DNA of 64,000 bases from Eledone cirrhosa (GCA_964016885.1 OZ024741.1:77190001-77254000); one strand, 5' to 3'; positions 37,123 to 51,428 are shown, numbered from the stretch's first letter. The notes: generated from the letters alone by a model not told the origin. Made by a program: numbers and translations.

Positions 37123-40100
37123 ATGGCCAATATAAGAGTTGGATGTGTGAATGCACGCGGCTTGGGGATGTCCTGGAAACAGGGCAAACTCTTAAATGAC
37201 CTCAGGTCGCACAGAGTGGATGTAATGGTTATTTGCGAGTCCAGGATCAGCAGCGAGCGCCAACTGGCCCCCATTTTCGACGACTTTGAGATCTACGCAT
37301 CTCTCTGTCAGCCGAGGGGTGGGGGTGGGGTTGTCGTTCTGCTGCGAAAATACCTGGGTCTTGCCACACAGAAGGTACACCTGGACCCGGAGGGTCGACT
37401 GGTGGTTTTAGACGTCGGCAGTGGTGAAGGTGGAGCTTTCAGGCTGGTGGCAGCGTATGCCCCATCGGGGACACCGCGACCGGACTTCTTCCGACGCCTG
37501 GAGAATTTCCTGGGAACGTCCCGCTCCTTGCTTTTAGTGGGGGACTGGAATGGTATCCTGGATGCACGTTGGGACTATGTAGGGGCATGTCCCGATAGAG
37601 GGGGGTGTAACAGCCTCAAACGATTAATCGGCCGATTTGATCTGGCCGATAGATATCGACTGGATTTTCCGACTGTGCCACGGTGGACGTGGAGTAATCG
37701 CAGTGGAACATCCAGGTCGTACCTAGATAGGTTCCTAGTTAGAAATAAGGATAGGGACATATTAAGCTGTCCACGAATGTTCATGGTTGACTATTCGGAT
37801 CACAAGTTGGTGACCGGAGTGGTCAACCTTGATAGAACTCATAGACAGGGACCCGGTTACTGGAAGCTGAACTTGTCTTTTCGACAAACAAAGCTTACAG
37901 TAAGCGGTTTAGCACACTAGTTAAGCAGCGTTTGACGGGGGCAATTGTCAACAACAGGTGGTGGGGCTCTCTCAAGAGAGAAATTAGAATAGAATCGATA
38001 GGTTTTAGTCGGGAATTAGCATCAGATAGGAATAGAACTGAAAGGGAATTAACAAATAGAGTAGAAGAGGCGATTAGGAGTGGCAACGTGGCCGGCGTGC
38101 TGGCGTCAAGAACGGCTCTAGACCAGTTCTTTGATGCGAAGCACGAGGGCTGCGTTGTCAGGAGTAAAATACGTGCTCTGGGTAACGAGGGAGCCAAAGC
38201 TGTTAGCTGGGCCCGAGTGACAGAGGCAAAAAGTGGCAACAAGTCCACGATTCGGTCTTTGAAGGACCAGGATGGACGCGTGATCCTTGAACCTGAGCGG
38301 ATGAGCGCGGCCTTTCAACGGCGCTTTGCACGACTGTTCGGGAGGGGCGGCGGGCCGGCTGGGGCCATGGATTTCGGTCCATACCTCGACGGTCTGGCGC
38401 GGCTCTCGGACGGGGAGGCGAAGTCCTGCGAGAGGCCGATTTCAGCCGCTGAAATAGGGGAAGCGCTGAGCCAATGCGGCAAACGCAAATCTCCGGGTGT
38501 CGATGGTCTACCATACGAACTTTATGTAGCGATGCCGGGCTTGTTCTCCGGTCTCCTCGAGGCGGTCTACTGTAACTGGCAACAGAACGGGAGAATTCCC
38601 AGTTCTGTGACCAAGGGCGTAGTCACGCTGGTGAGGAAGGAAGAGGACAAGGGGGATGACATAGATAACTTCAGGCCCATAACTCTGCTAAAGAGTTAAC
38701 TGAGTTAAAGATTTTGGCCAAGGTGTTAGCGAAGAGGTTGGCGCTTGTCGTCGGGAACCTGGTGGGAGAAGCGCAGACATGCGCAATCCCGTCCAGGTCC
38801 ATACACGACAACCTCCACCTCATGCGATACATCGTAGAGAGGGTAGGGAACGAACCCGGCTTTGGTGGGGCCCTGATCAACTTGGATCAATCTAAAGCGT
38901 TCGATAGGGTTGACCATCGGTACCTGGATGCGGTGCTCGCGGCGGCAGGCTTCGGACCCGTTTTCAGGGGCTGGATTGCTGCAATGCACAGCAGCAACAC
39001 CTGCTCGAGGGTCAAGGTGAACGGCTACCTCTCGGAGCCGTTCCAAATCACGCGATCCATTCGACAGGGATGCCCTCTCTCCTCCCTCCTGTATGTGCTG
39101 GCTCTCGAGCCACTACTGCGGAAGCTGGGGCTGTTGCAGGGCATCCCCTTGGAACCGGGATTGCGGAAAGCGGTGTCGGCCTACGCCGATGACGTGACAG
39201 TAATGGTGTCGTGCGCCTCGGAAATCGGGCAGATCGCCACCTTCCTGGAGGAATATGAAAGGTTCACAGGAGCCAAGCTGAACCGGGACAAGTCCGTCGG
39301 TTTGCAACTCGGGACGTGGAGGGGCAAAACGATGCCCTCCGACGGCATCGTCGGACGCTGGACGGAGGGACCGGTGAAGCTGCTCGGGGTCTGGTTCGGA
39401 CCGGACCTCCAGGTGGAGAAAAACTGGGACGAGGTAACGGGCAAGGTGTTTGCACTCGCCCAGAAGTGGGCCGAGTGCAAACTATCCCTGAAAGGTCGAG
39501 CGGAGGTGGCGAACGCTTATATAGCGTCCGTCATCTACTACCGCTTGACCGTCGTGCCTTGCCCAGAGAAAACACTCGCCAAAATGGAGCGCGCGCTCTT
39601 CCGATTTCTTTGGAAGAAGCGGGCTCCTTTGGTGAGAAGATCCACCTGCTGTCAACACCCTTCGAACGGAGGGCTGGGAATGCCGTGGCTGACGATGCGT
39701 AGACACGCATTAAGGCTACGGCACCTCCAGGTATTCCTCACCGGTCAGCCGGTGTGGGCCCTGTTTGTGAGGCGAGCCTTTCCGAGACTCGTCTCACTCA
39801 CAGAGCTGCAATCCTGGGTCAAGCAAAGACCGAGAAAAGTGGGCGACTGGCACATTGAATGTGCCCAGGCGCTCACGGCCCTCTGGCAAGCGGATCCGGC
39901 AATCAGTGGAGACTCAACCTCAACATTCTATAGAGGGTTGGTGCGCAGTAAGTGCGACGACGCTCTCGGAGAGGCTCTGGGCATGGAGGAAGACGAGCTG
40001 GCCAGTCTGTTCGGTAGGATGTTTGGCTCGGGACCGATGGACAACTTCCAAAAGTCCCTGGCTTGGCAATGTTACCGAGGAGCTCTACCCGTTCGGGACA

Positions 40101-40564
40101 AGCTCTACAGACACGGGCGCCCGGGTAGGGACCCCTCGAAGAAGATCTGTCCAAGATGCGTGCGGGACGAAGAAACCGTCGCACACGCATTCGTACACTG
40201 CCCGGGCGTTGCTGACCTGTGGGGCTATGTAGAACGACTACTGTCGCGGGTGGGACCAATCCGGTTGACCACTGAGAACATTGTCACAATCAAACCGCCT
40301 CCCCCTTTCAAAAACGAAGGGGAGGTGGTTTTCCTCTGTGTGATAGCCATGGCGAAAGAAGTTGTATGGTGGACAAGGTTGAAAGGGCTGAGGTCAGACA
40401 CCTTTCTCTCCGGCCAACAACTGATCTTTTTTTTCAAGTACCACTTTAGAAGAAGGATCAGAATGGAGAGAGAGGTGCTCTACCCCAGCAAGTTTTATGA
40501 AAGATGGGTGAAAGTAGCGAGAATGGCTCGAGTGAATGGGCCTTCTCTCTATATCAGCCTGTAG
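37123..40564 (+). CDS. ORF2 of copy 4 (APE-RT-zinc finger), frameshifts near 37880 and 38695
   Basis: Three collinear ORFs (37123-37920, 37932-38699, 38714-40564) together contain all APE and RT motifs. Confidence 0.9.
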
Positions 40565-40963
40565 GTGAGAGAGGAGAAGAATGAGAAGAGGAAGGAAGCA
40601 CCCGCTCTTTGTGCTCCTGAAGGGGAGGGTTGCACATTTTTTTGGGGGTGTGTGCGACCCATGTCAACGCCCCTCCCTATTGAGGACATCGATTGTTAAA
40701 TTTAATTTGTTATATGTTTTTTACACGTCTTTTTAAATGTATGTAAACTCCCCCCTTTGTATTTGTCCCAATCTTTGATGCCCTGGTGGCAAATAAATAG
40801 AAATATATATCAATTAGCACCAAACTCTCCCTCTCTCTATATCTACTACACGGAACGCTCTTCCAATACCCCTCTCTATATCTATTAACACCAAACTCTC
40901 CCCCCTCTCTATATCTACTACACGGAACTCCCCCCCCCCCACCTTTCTATATATATTACCACT

Positions 40964-41204
40964 TCTTCTTTTCGTATCTTCGAAGCATGTGGTTATATGA
41001 CAGTTTCCTATTTCTTTACACAGTCCTTTGCATTTTTATTAAATTCTGCGAGATCTTTTAAGCTGCACTGGTTGGGTAGTAGAGGGCAAACAAGGCAGTG
41101 CCGCATCCTATGGTCCTCCTCTCCGTATTTGCAGATGGTTGGGCCCCGGTCTTGTAGCCCCATCTGGCCATAGCAGCTTTTGATCGCCCCATTCCTCTTC
41201 TCAG
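40964..41204 (-). mobile_element. Ingi/Vingi-like LINE 3' end, 5'-truncated
   Basis: Translates GMGRSKAAMARWGY..ICKYGEEDHRMRHCLVCP..CSLKDL and ends in ACGAAAAGAAGAAG. Exact 11-bp TSD ATATTACCACT at 40953-40963 and 41205-41215. Confidence 0.7.
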
Positions 41205-41335
41205 ATATTACCACTAAACTATCCCCTCTCCATATCTACCATACGACACTCTCTTTCATTCCCTCTCCCTCTATTCATTACCACCAAATTCACTCCCTCT
41301 TTTCATCAACAATACACCACTCCCTCGCAATCATC

Positions 41336-43400
41336 CTCTCTATATCAATTAACACCAAACTCCCCCTCTCTATATCAATTAACACCAAACTCCCTCCTCT
41401 CTATATCAATTAACACCAAACTCCCTCCTCTCTATATCAATTAACACCAAACTCCCTCCTCTCTATATCAATTAACACCAAACTCCCTCCTCTCTATATC
41501 AATTAACACCAAACTCCCTCCTCTCTATATCAATTAACATCAAACTCCCTCCTCTCTATATCAATTAACACCAAACTCCCTCCTCTCTATATCAATTAAC
41601 ACCAAACTCCCCCCTCTCTATATCAATTAACACCAAACTCCCTCCTCTCTATATCAATTAACATCAAACTCCCTCCTCTCTATATCAATTAACACCAAAC
41701 TCCCTCCTCTCTATATCAATTAACATCAAACTCCCTCCTCTCTATATCAATTAACATCAAACTCCCCCCTCTCTATATCAATTAACACCAAACTCCCTCC
41801 TCTCTATATCAATTAACACCAAACTCCCCCCTCTCTATATCAATTAACACCAAACTCCCCCTCTCTATATCAATTAACACCAAACTCCCCCCTCTCTATA
41901 TCAATTAACATCAAACTCCCCCCTCTCTATATCAATTAACACCAAACTCCCCCCTCTCTATATCAATTAACACCAAACTCCCCCTCTCTATATCAATTAA
42001 CACCAAACTCCCTCCTCTCTATATCAATTAACACCAAACTCCCCCCTCTCTATATCAATTAACACCAAACTCCCTCCTCTCTATATCAATTAACATCAAA
42101 CTCCCTCCTCTCTATATCAATTAACACCAAACTCCCTCCTCTCTATATCAATTAACATCAAACTCCCTCCTCTCTATATCAATTAACATCAAACTCCCCC
42201 CTCTCTATATCAATTAACACCAAACTCCCTCCTCTCTATATCAATTAACACCAAACTCCCCCCTCTCTATATCAATTAACACCAAACTCCCCCTCTCTAT
42301 ATCAATTAACACCAAACTCCCCCCTCTCTATATCAATTAACATCAAACTCCCCCCTCTCTATATCAATTAACACCAAACTCCCCCCTCTCTATATCAATT
42401 AACACCAAACTCCCCCTCTCTATATCAATTAACACCAAACTCCCCCCTCTCTATATCAATTAACACCAAACTCCCCCCTCTCTATATCAATTAACACCAA
42501 ACTCCCCCCTCTCTATATCAATTAACACCAAACTCCCCCCTCTCTATATCAATTAACACCAAACTCCCCCCTCTCTATATCAATTAACACCAAACTCCCC
42601 CCTCTCTATATCAATTAACACCAAACTCCCTCCTCTCTATATCAATTAACACCAAACTCCCCCCTCTCTATATCAATTAACACCAAACTCCCCCTCTCTA
42701 TATCAATTAACACCAAACTCCCCCCTCTCTATATCAATTAACACCAAACTCCCCCCTCTCTATATCAATTAACACCAAACTTCCCCCTCTCTATATCAAT
42801 TAACACCAAACTCCCCCCTCTCTATATCAATTAACACCAAACTCCCCCCTCTCTATATCAATTAACATCAAACTCCCTCCTCTCTATATCAATTAACACC
42901 AAACTCCCTCCTCTCTATATCAATTAACACCAAACTCCCCCCTCTCTATATCAATTAACATCAAACTCCCCCCTCTCTATATCAATTAACACCAAACTCC
43001 CCCTCTCTATATCAATTAACACCAAACTCCCCCTCTCTATATCAATTAACACCAAACTCCCCCCTCTCTATATCAATTAACACCAAACTCCCTCCTCTCT
43101 ATATCAATTAACACCAAACTCCCCCCTCTCTATATCAATTAACACCAAACTCCCCCTCTCTATATCAATTAACACCAAACTCCCCCCTCTCTATATCAAT
43201 TAACACCAAACTCCCTCCTCTCTATATCAATTAACACCAAACTCCCCCCTCTCTATATCAATTAACACCAAACTCCCCCCTCTCTATATCAATTAACACC
43301 AAACTCCCTCCTCTCTATATCAATTAACACCAAACTCCCCCCTCTCTATATCAATTAACACCAAACTCCCTCCTCTCTATATCAATTAACATCAAACTCT
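41336..43400. repeat. Homogeneous 30/31-bp minisatellite, about 67 units
   Basis: Unit CTCTATATCAATTAACA(C/T)CAAACTCCC(T/C)CCT. Confidence 0.97.
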
Positions 43401-43610
43401 CCCCCTTTCTGTATCTACATGTATATAAATTGTAGCGCATATTCAAATAAATGTTTTGGTAGTTTGGAGACAAAAATATAATTATTGGGGTGGCCATGGC
43501 CCCTTGACCCCCACCAGTTCCACCGCCCATTTGCAATTGCCAAAACATTAAGTTGTATCCCTTTTGTAACCCACGTATGCGTAATGTTCTACAACGATAT
43601 GGCAGAAAAC

Positions 43611-43721
<111 letters not shown>

Positions 43722-44659
43722 TGGGGCAAAGTAGCTCTTGAGAGTTTTCTTTATAATTAATTTTTTCCCGATGACTTTTAGTAAGTTTTCTACGAATCTG
43801 ACTTTTAAAACCATTGGAAATATGTTTTTTTAGTTAACTGTGCCTCCCGACAAATATTGGGGCAAAAATAAAAGTAATGGTGGAAATTAAAAGCATTGGA
43901 AATACCTTATGCAATTGTAGGACTTACCTCGTATTTTGCCTCAGAATGTGAGTCTTTCTGGATTCTAACACGATGCTAGCGATCTGGGAGAAGTGGATAT
44001 AAAGAAATAGTATCACAGGTTTTCTTCATTCCCATAGAAGACCTAAATAAATATTTGGTCAGATACTAATGTAGATATTTTGACGGAATACCCGGCTTTT
44101 GCACTGACTCTTAAATCTTTCTAAAATCTTTCAATATTGTGTGTATTTAAATATGTTTGTACACTTTTTATCTATAAAATTTTCAGAATGGTTAATAGCA
44201 AAATACTTAAAACTCTCCTACTTCTCTGGTTTCTCAAAATAAAGAAACAAAAAAAAAAACGAGTTGTTTCCAGTGGATTTGAATTATATTCGTTTAAAAC
44301 ACACGAAATACCCAGGAAAAAAAAACTTATGGCATTTTCAGTGTTTTTCATTTCCACAATTACTTTCATTCTTACCCCCTCCCCTCGTTGCCCCAACTTT
44401 CCGACATTTATCGTGAGGTACGGTTAACTAAAAAACAAATAATTTCTAATTGTTTTAAAAATCAGATTCGTTGAGAACACACGAAGAAATCTTCCTTTCT
44501 TTGGGCAGAAATCACTTTTATTTCTAACTAGTGAATCGTCTTCATTGAGATTATTTGAGAAAACTTCTGCTAGTTAAGTTTTCGACAGAATTCCGTGATG
44601 TCGGTTTTCATTTCGGGAAAGATTGATTTTTGTAGGAAGGCGGTTATTGAGAGGGCCAT

Positions 44660-44945
44660 GGTGGGGTGAGAGGACTGTGTTTCGGTCCGTTTCACGAGCG
44701 CGGGTGAGAGCAGCTTAGATCAGAGTGGAGGATATCCGCGCTGGATGAAGCGGGTGGCCATGAGTTGGGACTAGGTCTCGAAATGGTGTTCCTGACTACA
44801 GAGCTGACAGAGTAATTGGGGGTAGAGTATGGAGAGTTTGGTGTGGGTGGTATGGGAAGAGGAGAAGTCGAGGTAGGAGTGGGAATCAGTGAGCTTATAG
44901 AAGATGGAGGTAGAGAGTGTGTGTGTGATGAGCGTGGTTGATAGA
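44660..44945 (-). mobile_element. Penelope-like (Neptune-type) RT thumb fragment
   Basis: Translates STSIFYKLTDSHSYLDFSSSHTTHTKLSILYPQ...MATRFIQRGYP, matching the PLE KPTD..YL...S.HP...RGYP pattern. It abuts (TA)n. Confidence 0.7.
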
Positions 44946-44955
44946 CAGAGAGATG

Positions 44956-44992
<37 letters not shown>

Positions 44993-45424
44993 TGCGTGTT
45001 TATGTCTGTAACGTTGTGTACATACACTTATACATCCCTCGATTGACAATTATGTCAGCTGTTGTTTTTGTCAGAGTATCAGTTAATTAATTAATTCCGT
45101 AATTAATTTTTTGTTTCCTCTCAGCAATCATTGTTGTCTGGTCAACAAACGGCTATAGTATAGGCCTTCGATTAATCTGGGAAACAACAATTTTGTCACA
45201 AGTGTTTTGATGAATTTTCTAAGTGTAATTTTGAATATTGAATCTAAATATGAAATAAAAATGTTCGTATCAGATATAATTTTTTTGAGAGGCTATGTTC
45301 ATATTTGTTTTCATTTAACGTAATCATCGGATAAAAAATTCATATTCTATTAGTATAACTACAAATAAAGAGTTTAATATCAATATGTTTGTTGCATGAG
45401 TTTTATGTAAAATTAGTATACGAA

Positions 45425-45560
45425 ATAGGTTGCAAAACGTCGAATAGAATGCTTTCCAGTATTCATTCAGGTTCTCTGCGCTGTGAGTTTAAATCCCATC
45501 GAGGTAAACTTTATCTTTTATCCTTCTGAAGTCGATAAAAAAAGTACCAGTCCAGTATTG
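45425..45560 (+). mobile_element. Degenerate tRNA-derived SINE
   Basis: gagtttaaatccc (B-box-like) followed by gaggtaaactttatcttttatccttctgaagtcgataaaa..agtaccag. Confidence 0.65.
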
Positions 45561-45743
45561 GAATAGATTCTTGCTCTCTGTCACTCTCTTTCCTTACTCT
45601 GGAAGAAATTGGCTGTATTTTAGATCTGGAGAGGGGATGGGCTCCGCCAGGTTGAAACAAAATGCCCAAGAAACGCCATATGTCCCTACATCGTCCTTAC
45701 GACTCTACTAGGAGTTACGGGTTAAAGAAAAAATAAATAAAGT

Positions 45744-45792
<49 letters not shown>

Positions 45793-45994
45793 CTTTGAAG
45801 AGAAAGTTCTGATATTGCTGGTAGGATAAATTTAGTCAGGTGGAAATACGTTTAGACCTGTTTTGACATGTCCCTTGTATCTGTCTGTAGAGCAGCTCCA
45901 AGTCAGTTTGCATGCAAAGGCTACGGTGTTAACAGCTAGTGTGTGTTGCTCCTTGTTGATTTTACACTAGTATTGTGTTCATATAGCTGCTTTG

Positions 45995-47370
45995 TCATGC
46001 TACGGAACTGTCTGAACCCTCCTAATTCCTTCTACTATACGTAACTAATTATTTCTACCAACGTAACTTTGAACTATTAGTAAAAATACTATAAACTTTG
46101 TTTCGGATATAAACTGAGTGATTAGTATGTGTTGGGAACCTTACATTTGTTGTCTAACATGTAGCTAAATGATTAAAGTCACATGCCATTTACTTTTCCA
46201 CTAATTTTGAGGAAACACAAAACACTATCTAGTGAGTATAAAAGAGATCACTAAAAAAAAAATAATAATAATAATAATTGTTTCTACTTTAGGCACAAGG
46301 CCAGCAATTACCCAGTGCATTACTGGTACTTTATTTTATCGACCCTGTAAGGATGAAAGGCAAAGTCAACCTCGGCGGGATTTGAACTCAGATCGTAAAG
46401 GGACGTAACTATGCTGGAAAGCATGGCGTCCGACCCTCTACCGATACTGCCAATCCATAATAATAATAACCCGAACTAAACACTCTGCAATGCGAATTAT
46501 TCTCAGTGCTCAACTTCAGAACTGAATACCCTTGAATTTGCTGCTTTAAGCGAAGAAGTATCAAACGAAACTGAACATATCTCGAGAAAAATTATGACAC
46601 TTCTGATACGACTTTCCAGGCTAACTGTTCCTTCAATGAATCCGATTTACTCTTTCTCAGTGAGATCTAAATGACAGTTTGCGATCTGAATTCATCTAAG
46701 AGGCAAGTTAAACTTTTAGATTCAAAATTCAAGGATTGAAATCTATTGTAATATGATATCAAATTTTGTGTTTTCTGCAGTGGTCATGATAAATTCAAAG
46801 AATGGTTCACTCATGAAGATGGACTTGTGCTTTGCAACGTTATTAATTCAGTCATGGAGTCTCTTGGTCATCAGAATAAAGTATTGAGTGAATTTTTCAT
46901 TGATTCCTCAAAAGTCAGCTTAAAAGCAGTCTTTCGTCATAACGGAATTAAATTTCATTCTGTACCTATTGCACATGCTGCAAATAAGAAAGAATCATAT
47001 AACAACGTCAAGTTCGTTTTAGAAAAAAAATCAGTATCGAAAATATAATTGAGATAACTGTGGAGATCTGAAGGTTACTGCACTTTTGTTAGGGTTAAAG
47101 CTAGGTTATACCAAGTACTGTTTTTTATGTAAGTGGGACAGTAGGAATAAGCAAAACTTCTACATTCATAAAAATTTATCAAAATGTACCTCACTTTTAC
47201 CAGACTAGAAAATTATTTTGAGTGGTTCACTTGTTGACCACAAAAAGAGGTTTCTTCTCACTTTTCACACCAAGCTTGGACTTATGAAAACTTTGTTAAA
47301 GCGATAGATCTGGATTCGGATACTTCGGAAATAAGGTTTCACCGGAACAGTGATGTCAAGATTAAAGAGA
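45995..47370 (+). pseudogene. Degenerate DNA transposase, probably CMC/Chapaev-3-like
   Basis: Translated fragments RNCLNPPNSF, FFIDSSKVSLKAVFRHNG..SVPIAH..KESY, CGDLKV.ALLLGL.LGYTKY, KWDSR and H.KLGLMK. It is interrupted by a SINE. The superfamily assignment is from recall. Confidence 0.65.
46261..46458 (-). mobile_element. tRNA-derived SINE with Nin-type central domain, in an (AAT)n tract
   Basis: Minus strand shows an A-box-like TGGCAGTATCGG, B-box GAGTTCAAATCC, core GAGGTTGACTTTGCCTTTCATCCTTACAGGGTCGATAAAATAAAGTACCAG and an (ATT)n tail. Confidence 0.85.
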
Positions 47371-48681
47371 GATGGAGAGAGAGAAAGGGAGGAGGTGTGT
47401 GGAAAAAGATAGAGTGTGCATCGGGAAGAGAGGTGGAAAAGGTGCATGGAGAGAAGACGAAAGTAGTTTGTTTCTTATTCGTTTAACATCAAAGAAATTG
47501 GACCGCAAATGTCCATGAAGATAGAGACCGACAAAGACCGACAAAAATTGTGTAAGATTGTCTGACGGTGACTGACAGAGATTCAGAGAGATTTTAATGG
47601 GGTAGGTCTAACGTTCAGCGCAGCTTAACACCACTGCTTGAATTTTGGGGTGCTTTTAGCGTGTATGTCTGTGACTACGTCCATGTATTAGTATATTGAC
47701 ACCCGTATATAGGTGTTTATTTCTGTATGCGCATATTTGTACTTGTGCATGTAGATATATCTGTAATTCCATAATGGAAACGGCGATGAGATATCCATTG
47801 ATATTACATATCTATATTTTCTGCATGTATTATGTAAGAATGGATATAAATTTGTATGCCCAATTGCACTCGCTTCTGTATATATTGTATACAAATGTGC
47901 ACATGGCCATACGTGTATGCTGGACATGGTAATGGGTTCCCTTAAGGCTCTAAGATGTTAGTAATATTGCTGAACATTAGCTTCTGTTGACAGGCCCAAT
48001 GTATGATATGACGTTATGAAGGGATTCTTGTATAACTGTGTTTGGGTTTCTGGGACAATGGTCCATCGTCTTCATCATCCTCACTATATCTGTGTCACCA
48101 ACGAGAGCTTTCTCTTTTATTTCTACTTCTGTTAACCCTCTATATCTAGGGAGGATTTTAAGTACCGACTAGAGTTTCAGTTGTTTGTGCCTTTCGTGCT
48201 AAATTGAATGATGCGGACATGAGACTGTAGTTTTTGTTACTGAGAATTATTTCTTCTTGAAGTCTTTTCAAAGATCATCCTCTTCTATCATCACAAGAAC
48301 TTTGTTTAAAATATCTTCGTTGGCATATCTTGTAGGCTCTAATTATAACTTGATCAATTGGCTAGATCGTTGAAGTCACAATGGTTGGCATAGACATAAA
48401 CCTTATTTTACCATCCTTACTGACAAACTAGTGAGCATTTTTGTGAATAGGTGTGTTGTTTAAAATTAGTAGAACTTTCATTTCACCATCGGGACGGGAC
48501 CGTTGAGCACATTTACTAGATATTTACGTACTGCACTGACTGCCGGGGCTGTGGGTGGGCCCCATCGCGTACCAATACATTAGTTAAATACCATTCTTTC
48601 ATCTGATACAACACAATAAAGACTAAAGTGTTGGAATAAAAAATATGCATGTTGAACCACGGTTTGCTGGAATAGAAATGA

Positions 48682-48892
48682 TAATTGTTTCTACATTTCG
48701 CACAAAGCCAGTAATTTGAAGGGAAGGGAAAAGATTAAATTGACCCCAGTGTGTTACTGGAGCTTTAATTTATCGATCCCGTAAGGATGAAAGTCAAAGC
48801 TAACCTCGGCGGGATTTGAACTCAGAACATAAAAGGCGGTAAATCTGTGCCGTAAAGAATGTTGTCCGACGGTCGACCGATACTGACAATGG
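48682..48892 (-). mobile_element. tRNA-derived SINE, related subfamily
   Basis: Same B-box and core (cctcggcgggatttgaactcag on the + strand) with a variant tail. Confidence 0.8.
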
Positions 48893-49182
48893 TAACAGGT
48901 AATTTAGTCTTTCAAAACTCGTAGACGTACTGATCATTTCATCACTACTAATTTCAAAGTGTACATACCATCTGCGTATGTGTAACACATCGCTAAAAAA
49001 AATGTTCCTTACGCGTATGAAGACTTCATTCTTAAAAGCTTAGCAAACCCAGAACATACACCCTTACAACACTGACGCTCAAAAATGGCGACTGAAACAA
49101 CTCGGGCAGCCATTCACCTCGCCCAGCTTTCATCTGCTCTATTCAATATCGGACTTAACGAGGTCTGGTTTAACTCGGATTC

Positions 49183-49329
<147 letters not shown>

Positions 49330-49799
49330 AAACCAACTCTGCTGCTACTTCTCCGTGTTCTCTTTTATTAACTCTTCTCCCCTTCATTCTTTTTTTTCTT
49401 CTCTACTTTGCGCTTAGTTTCCTCCACCACCAATACAGACCATTGCATCTTTCACTCATAAATCACTACCAACAGTGGCCGATAGGTAGAGAAGGTTTCA
49501 TTAATCAATGTTGTGAAAGGAAATATGTCGGTGGCAACGGGCAGGGTTGCTGTAGGCAGTGACGTTGGTGGTAACAGTGATGATATTGTTGGTGTTGGTA
49601 TTGATGGACGTAATGATAGTGGTGATTATCATGTTATTGTTGCAGTAGTTTGTGTTGGCCGTGGTAATGTTGGTAGTGGTGATGGTAATGTTATTGTTGT
49701 CATTGATGATAATGGCGATGGCGATGTTATTGTTGTTTGGTGGGGTTAATGGTGATATTGATTGAAGCAGTGGTAGTATTATTGCAGTTGTTTGTGTTG

Positions 49800-50100
49800 T
49801 TGTTATTTAGCTCCATGTCAACCGCTATCGGGCAGGCCTTTAATTATAGGTCTTCTGACCACGGTCACCCAACCTTTTTATGGCTATGAAGGTCTACATT
49901 ATGTAATGTGCCGTGTCCTATATTAAACGGTGATGTGTGATTTGAGGGAAATTTGGCTGCTTCTACAAGCAAGTCGAACGACCAGGTAGAAACTTTCTTG
50001 TAATCTCATGATGTAGTAATCGTTATTTAGCCCAAGGTTAATCCTGACCGAGCAGTCATATGGTCAAAGGCATTCCAGCCATGACCACCCAGTCTTTTTA
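49800..50100 (-). mobile_element. Two fragments of a short interspersed repeat
   Basis: The pattern gttatttagc.cca.gt.aa.c..(g/t)a.cg.gcag....cacccaa/g.ctttt occurs at about 49802 and 50022. Confidence 0.5.
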
Positions 50101-50119
50101 TGTGAAGAGAATAGGTATT

Positions 50120-50175
<56 letters not shown>

Positions 50176-50202
50176 ACTGTGATTTACAATGTTCACCACC
50201 AT

Positions 50203-50240
<38 letters not shown>

Positions 50241-50878
50241 GTAGTTCACAATCAATATTTTGCTGTTATATTTATATTATCGCAGTTGCCAATGGCGATG
50301 GTCCAAACACGACCGAATTTTCCGCGTTCGAACATGCGCATTAGCTTTCAGTTCCCACCTACCTACCCCCTCTCTCCCACAAACACACCTACACGTCATG
50401 TCAAACCTTAGGAGTTTCTGTTTAGGTTTGACCGTCGCGTTCGTTGCTAGGTTATTTAATTATGTATGTATTTGTTTAGAAATTTATTATATATTTATTT
50501 GATTCTTTGTTTGTGGCATAAAATAGTTAACGGAGAAGGAGAGAGAGGGGGGGGGGGGAGAAAGAAAAGAATGCATAAAGAAGAAAGAAGGAAAGAAGAA
50601 ATAAAAGAAAGCATAAAGAAGAAAGAAGGAAAGGAAGAAAACAAAGAGAAGATAAAAACAAATAAAGGGGTGGTGGTGATAACGGTAGTAGTAGTGCTGT
50701 TGTAGGTGGAGGTGGTAATGGAGGAAGTGGTGGTAATGGTCTTGGTGGTGGTGGTGGTTGTGGTGGTAGAGGTTGCGGCGGCAGTGGTCATTTATCGCAT
50801 CTATTATAATTTACAGCGTGTAATCTGTTTGTTCGTCACACCTATAGTACCAAAACTATTCTCACCACTGCGTGCATG

Positions 50879-50974
<96 letters not shown>

Positions 50975-51334
50975 GTAGAACACCGGAAGGTAATATCCGT
51001 AGTGGTAGAGCACTCAGCCCATGGGACGAGTTAGGTAGAAGTGGTTACACAACAGTTAGTTCAGCATACCGAGAACAATTGTTTCACCTTAGACAGAAAC
51101 AAAAAATCAGAGAGGCAGTACAAATGGTAGTTTATTAGGTTCACGCTTTTAAGAGTGGGGGTGTATATATATATATATTGGAAAATGTGTGAGATCCTTG
51201 GTACAGTTAGGTATATTTGAAAAAAAGGAAAAGAATGACTTCACTTATAGTGTTAAAAAATCTTTTGAATTAATATTATATTAAAATAATTTTATATAAA
51301 ATGTAAGTTTGAATATATATATATATATATATAT

Positions 51335-51385
51335 AGATTCCTGATGATTTCTAATGAATGAAACAGTTCTAGTCCTGTAGAATCT
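51335..51385 (+). ncRNA. Type I hammerhead ribozyme motif
   Basis: AGATTC-CTGATGA-t(ttc taat gaa)t-GAAA-CAG ttctagtc CTG-TA-GAATCT. Stem I is 6 bp, the predicted cleavage is after GUA (51379), and (TA)n flanks both sides. Confidence 0.8.
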
Positions 51386-51387
51386 TA

Positions 51388-51428
<41 letters not shown>

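Larger units (their letters stand above)
35114..40803 (+). mobile_element. L1/Tx1-clade retrotransposon copy 4 (full length) inserted in the degenerate satellite
   Basis: 5' end AGACGTGATTCACTT and 3' end GCAAATAAATAGAAA. Candidate 15-bp TSD TATATCAATTACCAC (35092-35106) / TATATCAATTAGCAC (40806-40820). Confidence 0.92.

Noticed and set aside
41336-43400. 30/31-bp repeats resembling a CRISPR array in unit length
   Set aside because: The units are contiguous with no unique spacers, there are no cas genes, and the context is eukaryotic.
47920-48600. Moderately complex non-repetitive sequence that might be an exon
   Set aside because: No ORF of 60 aa or more and no recognisable motif on either strand.
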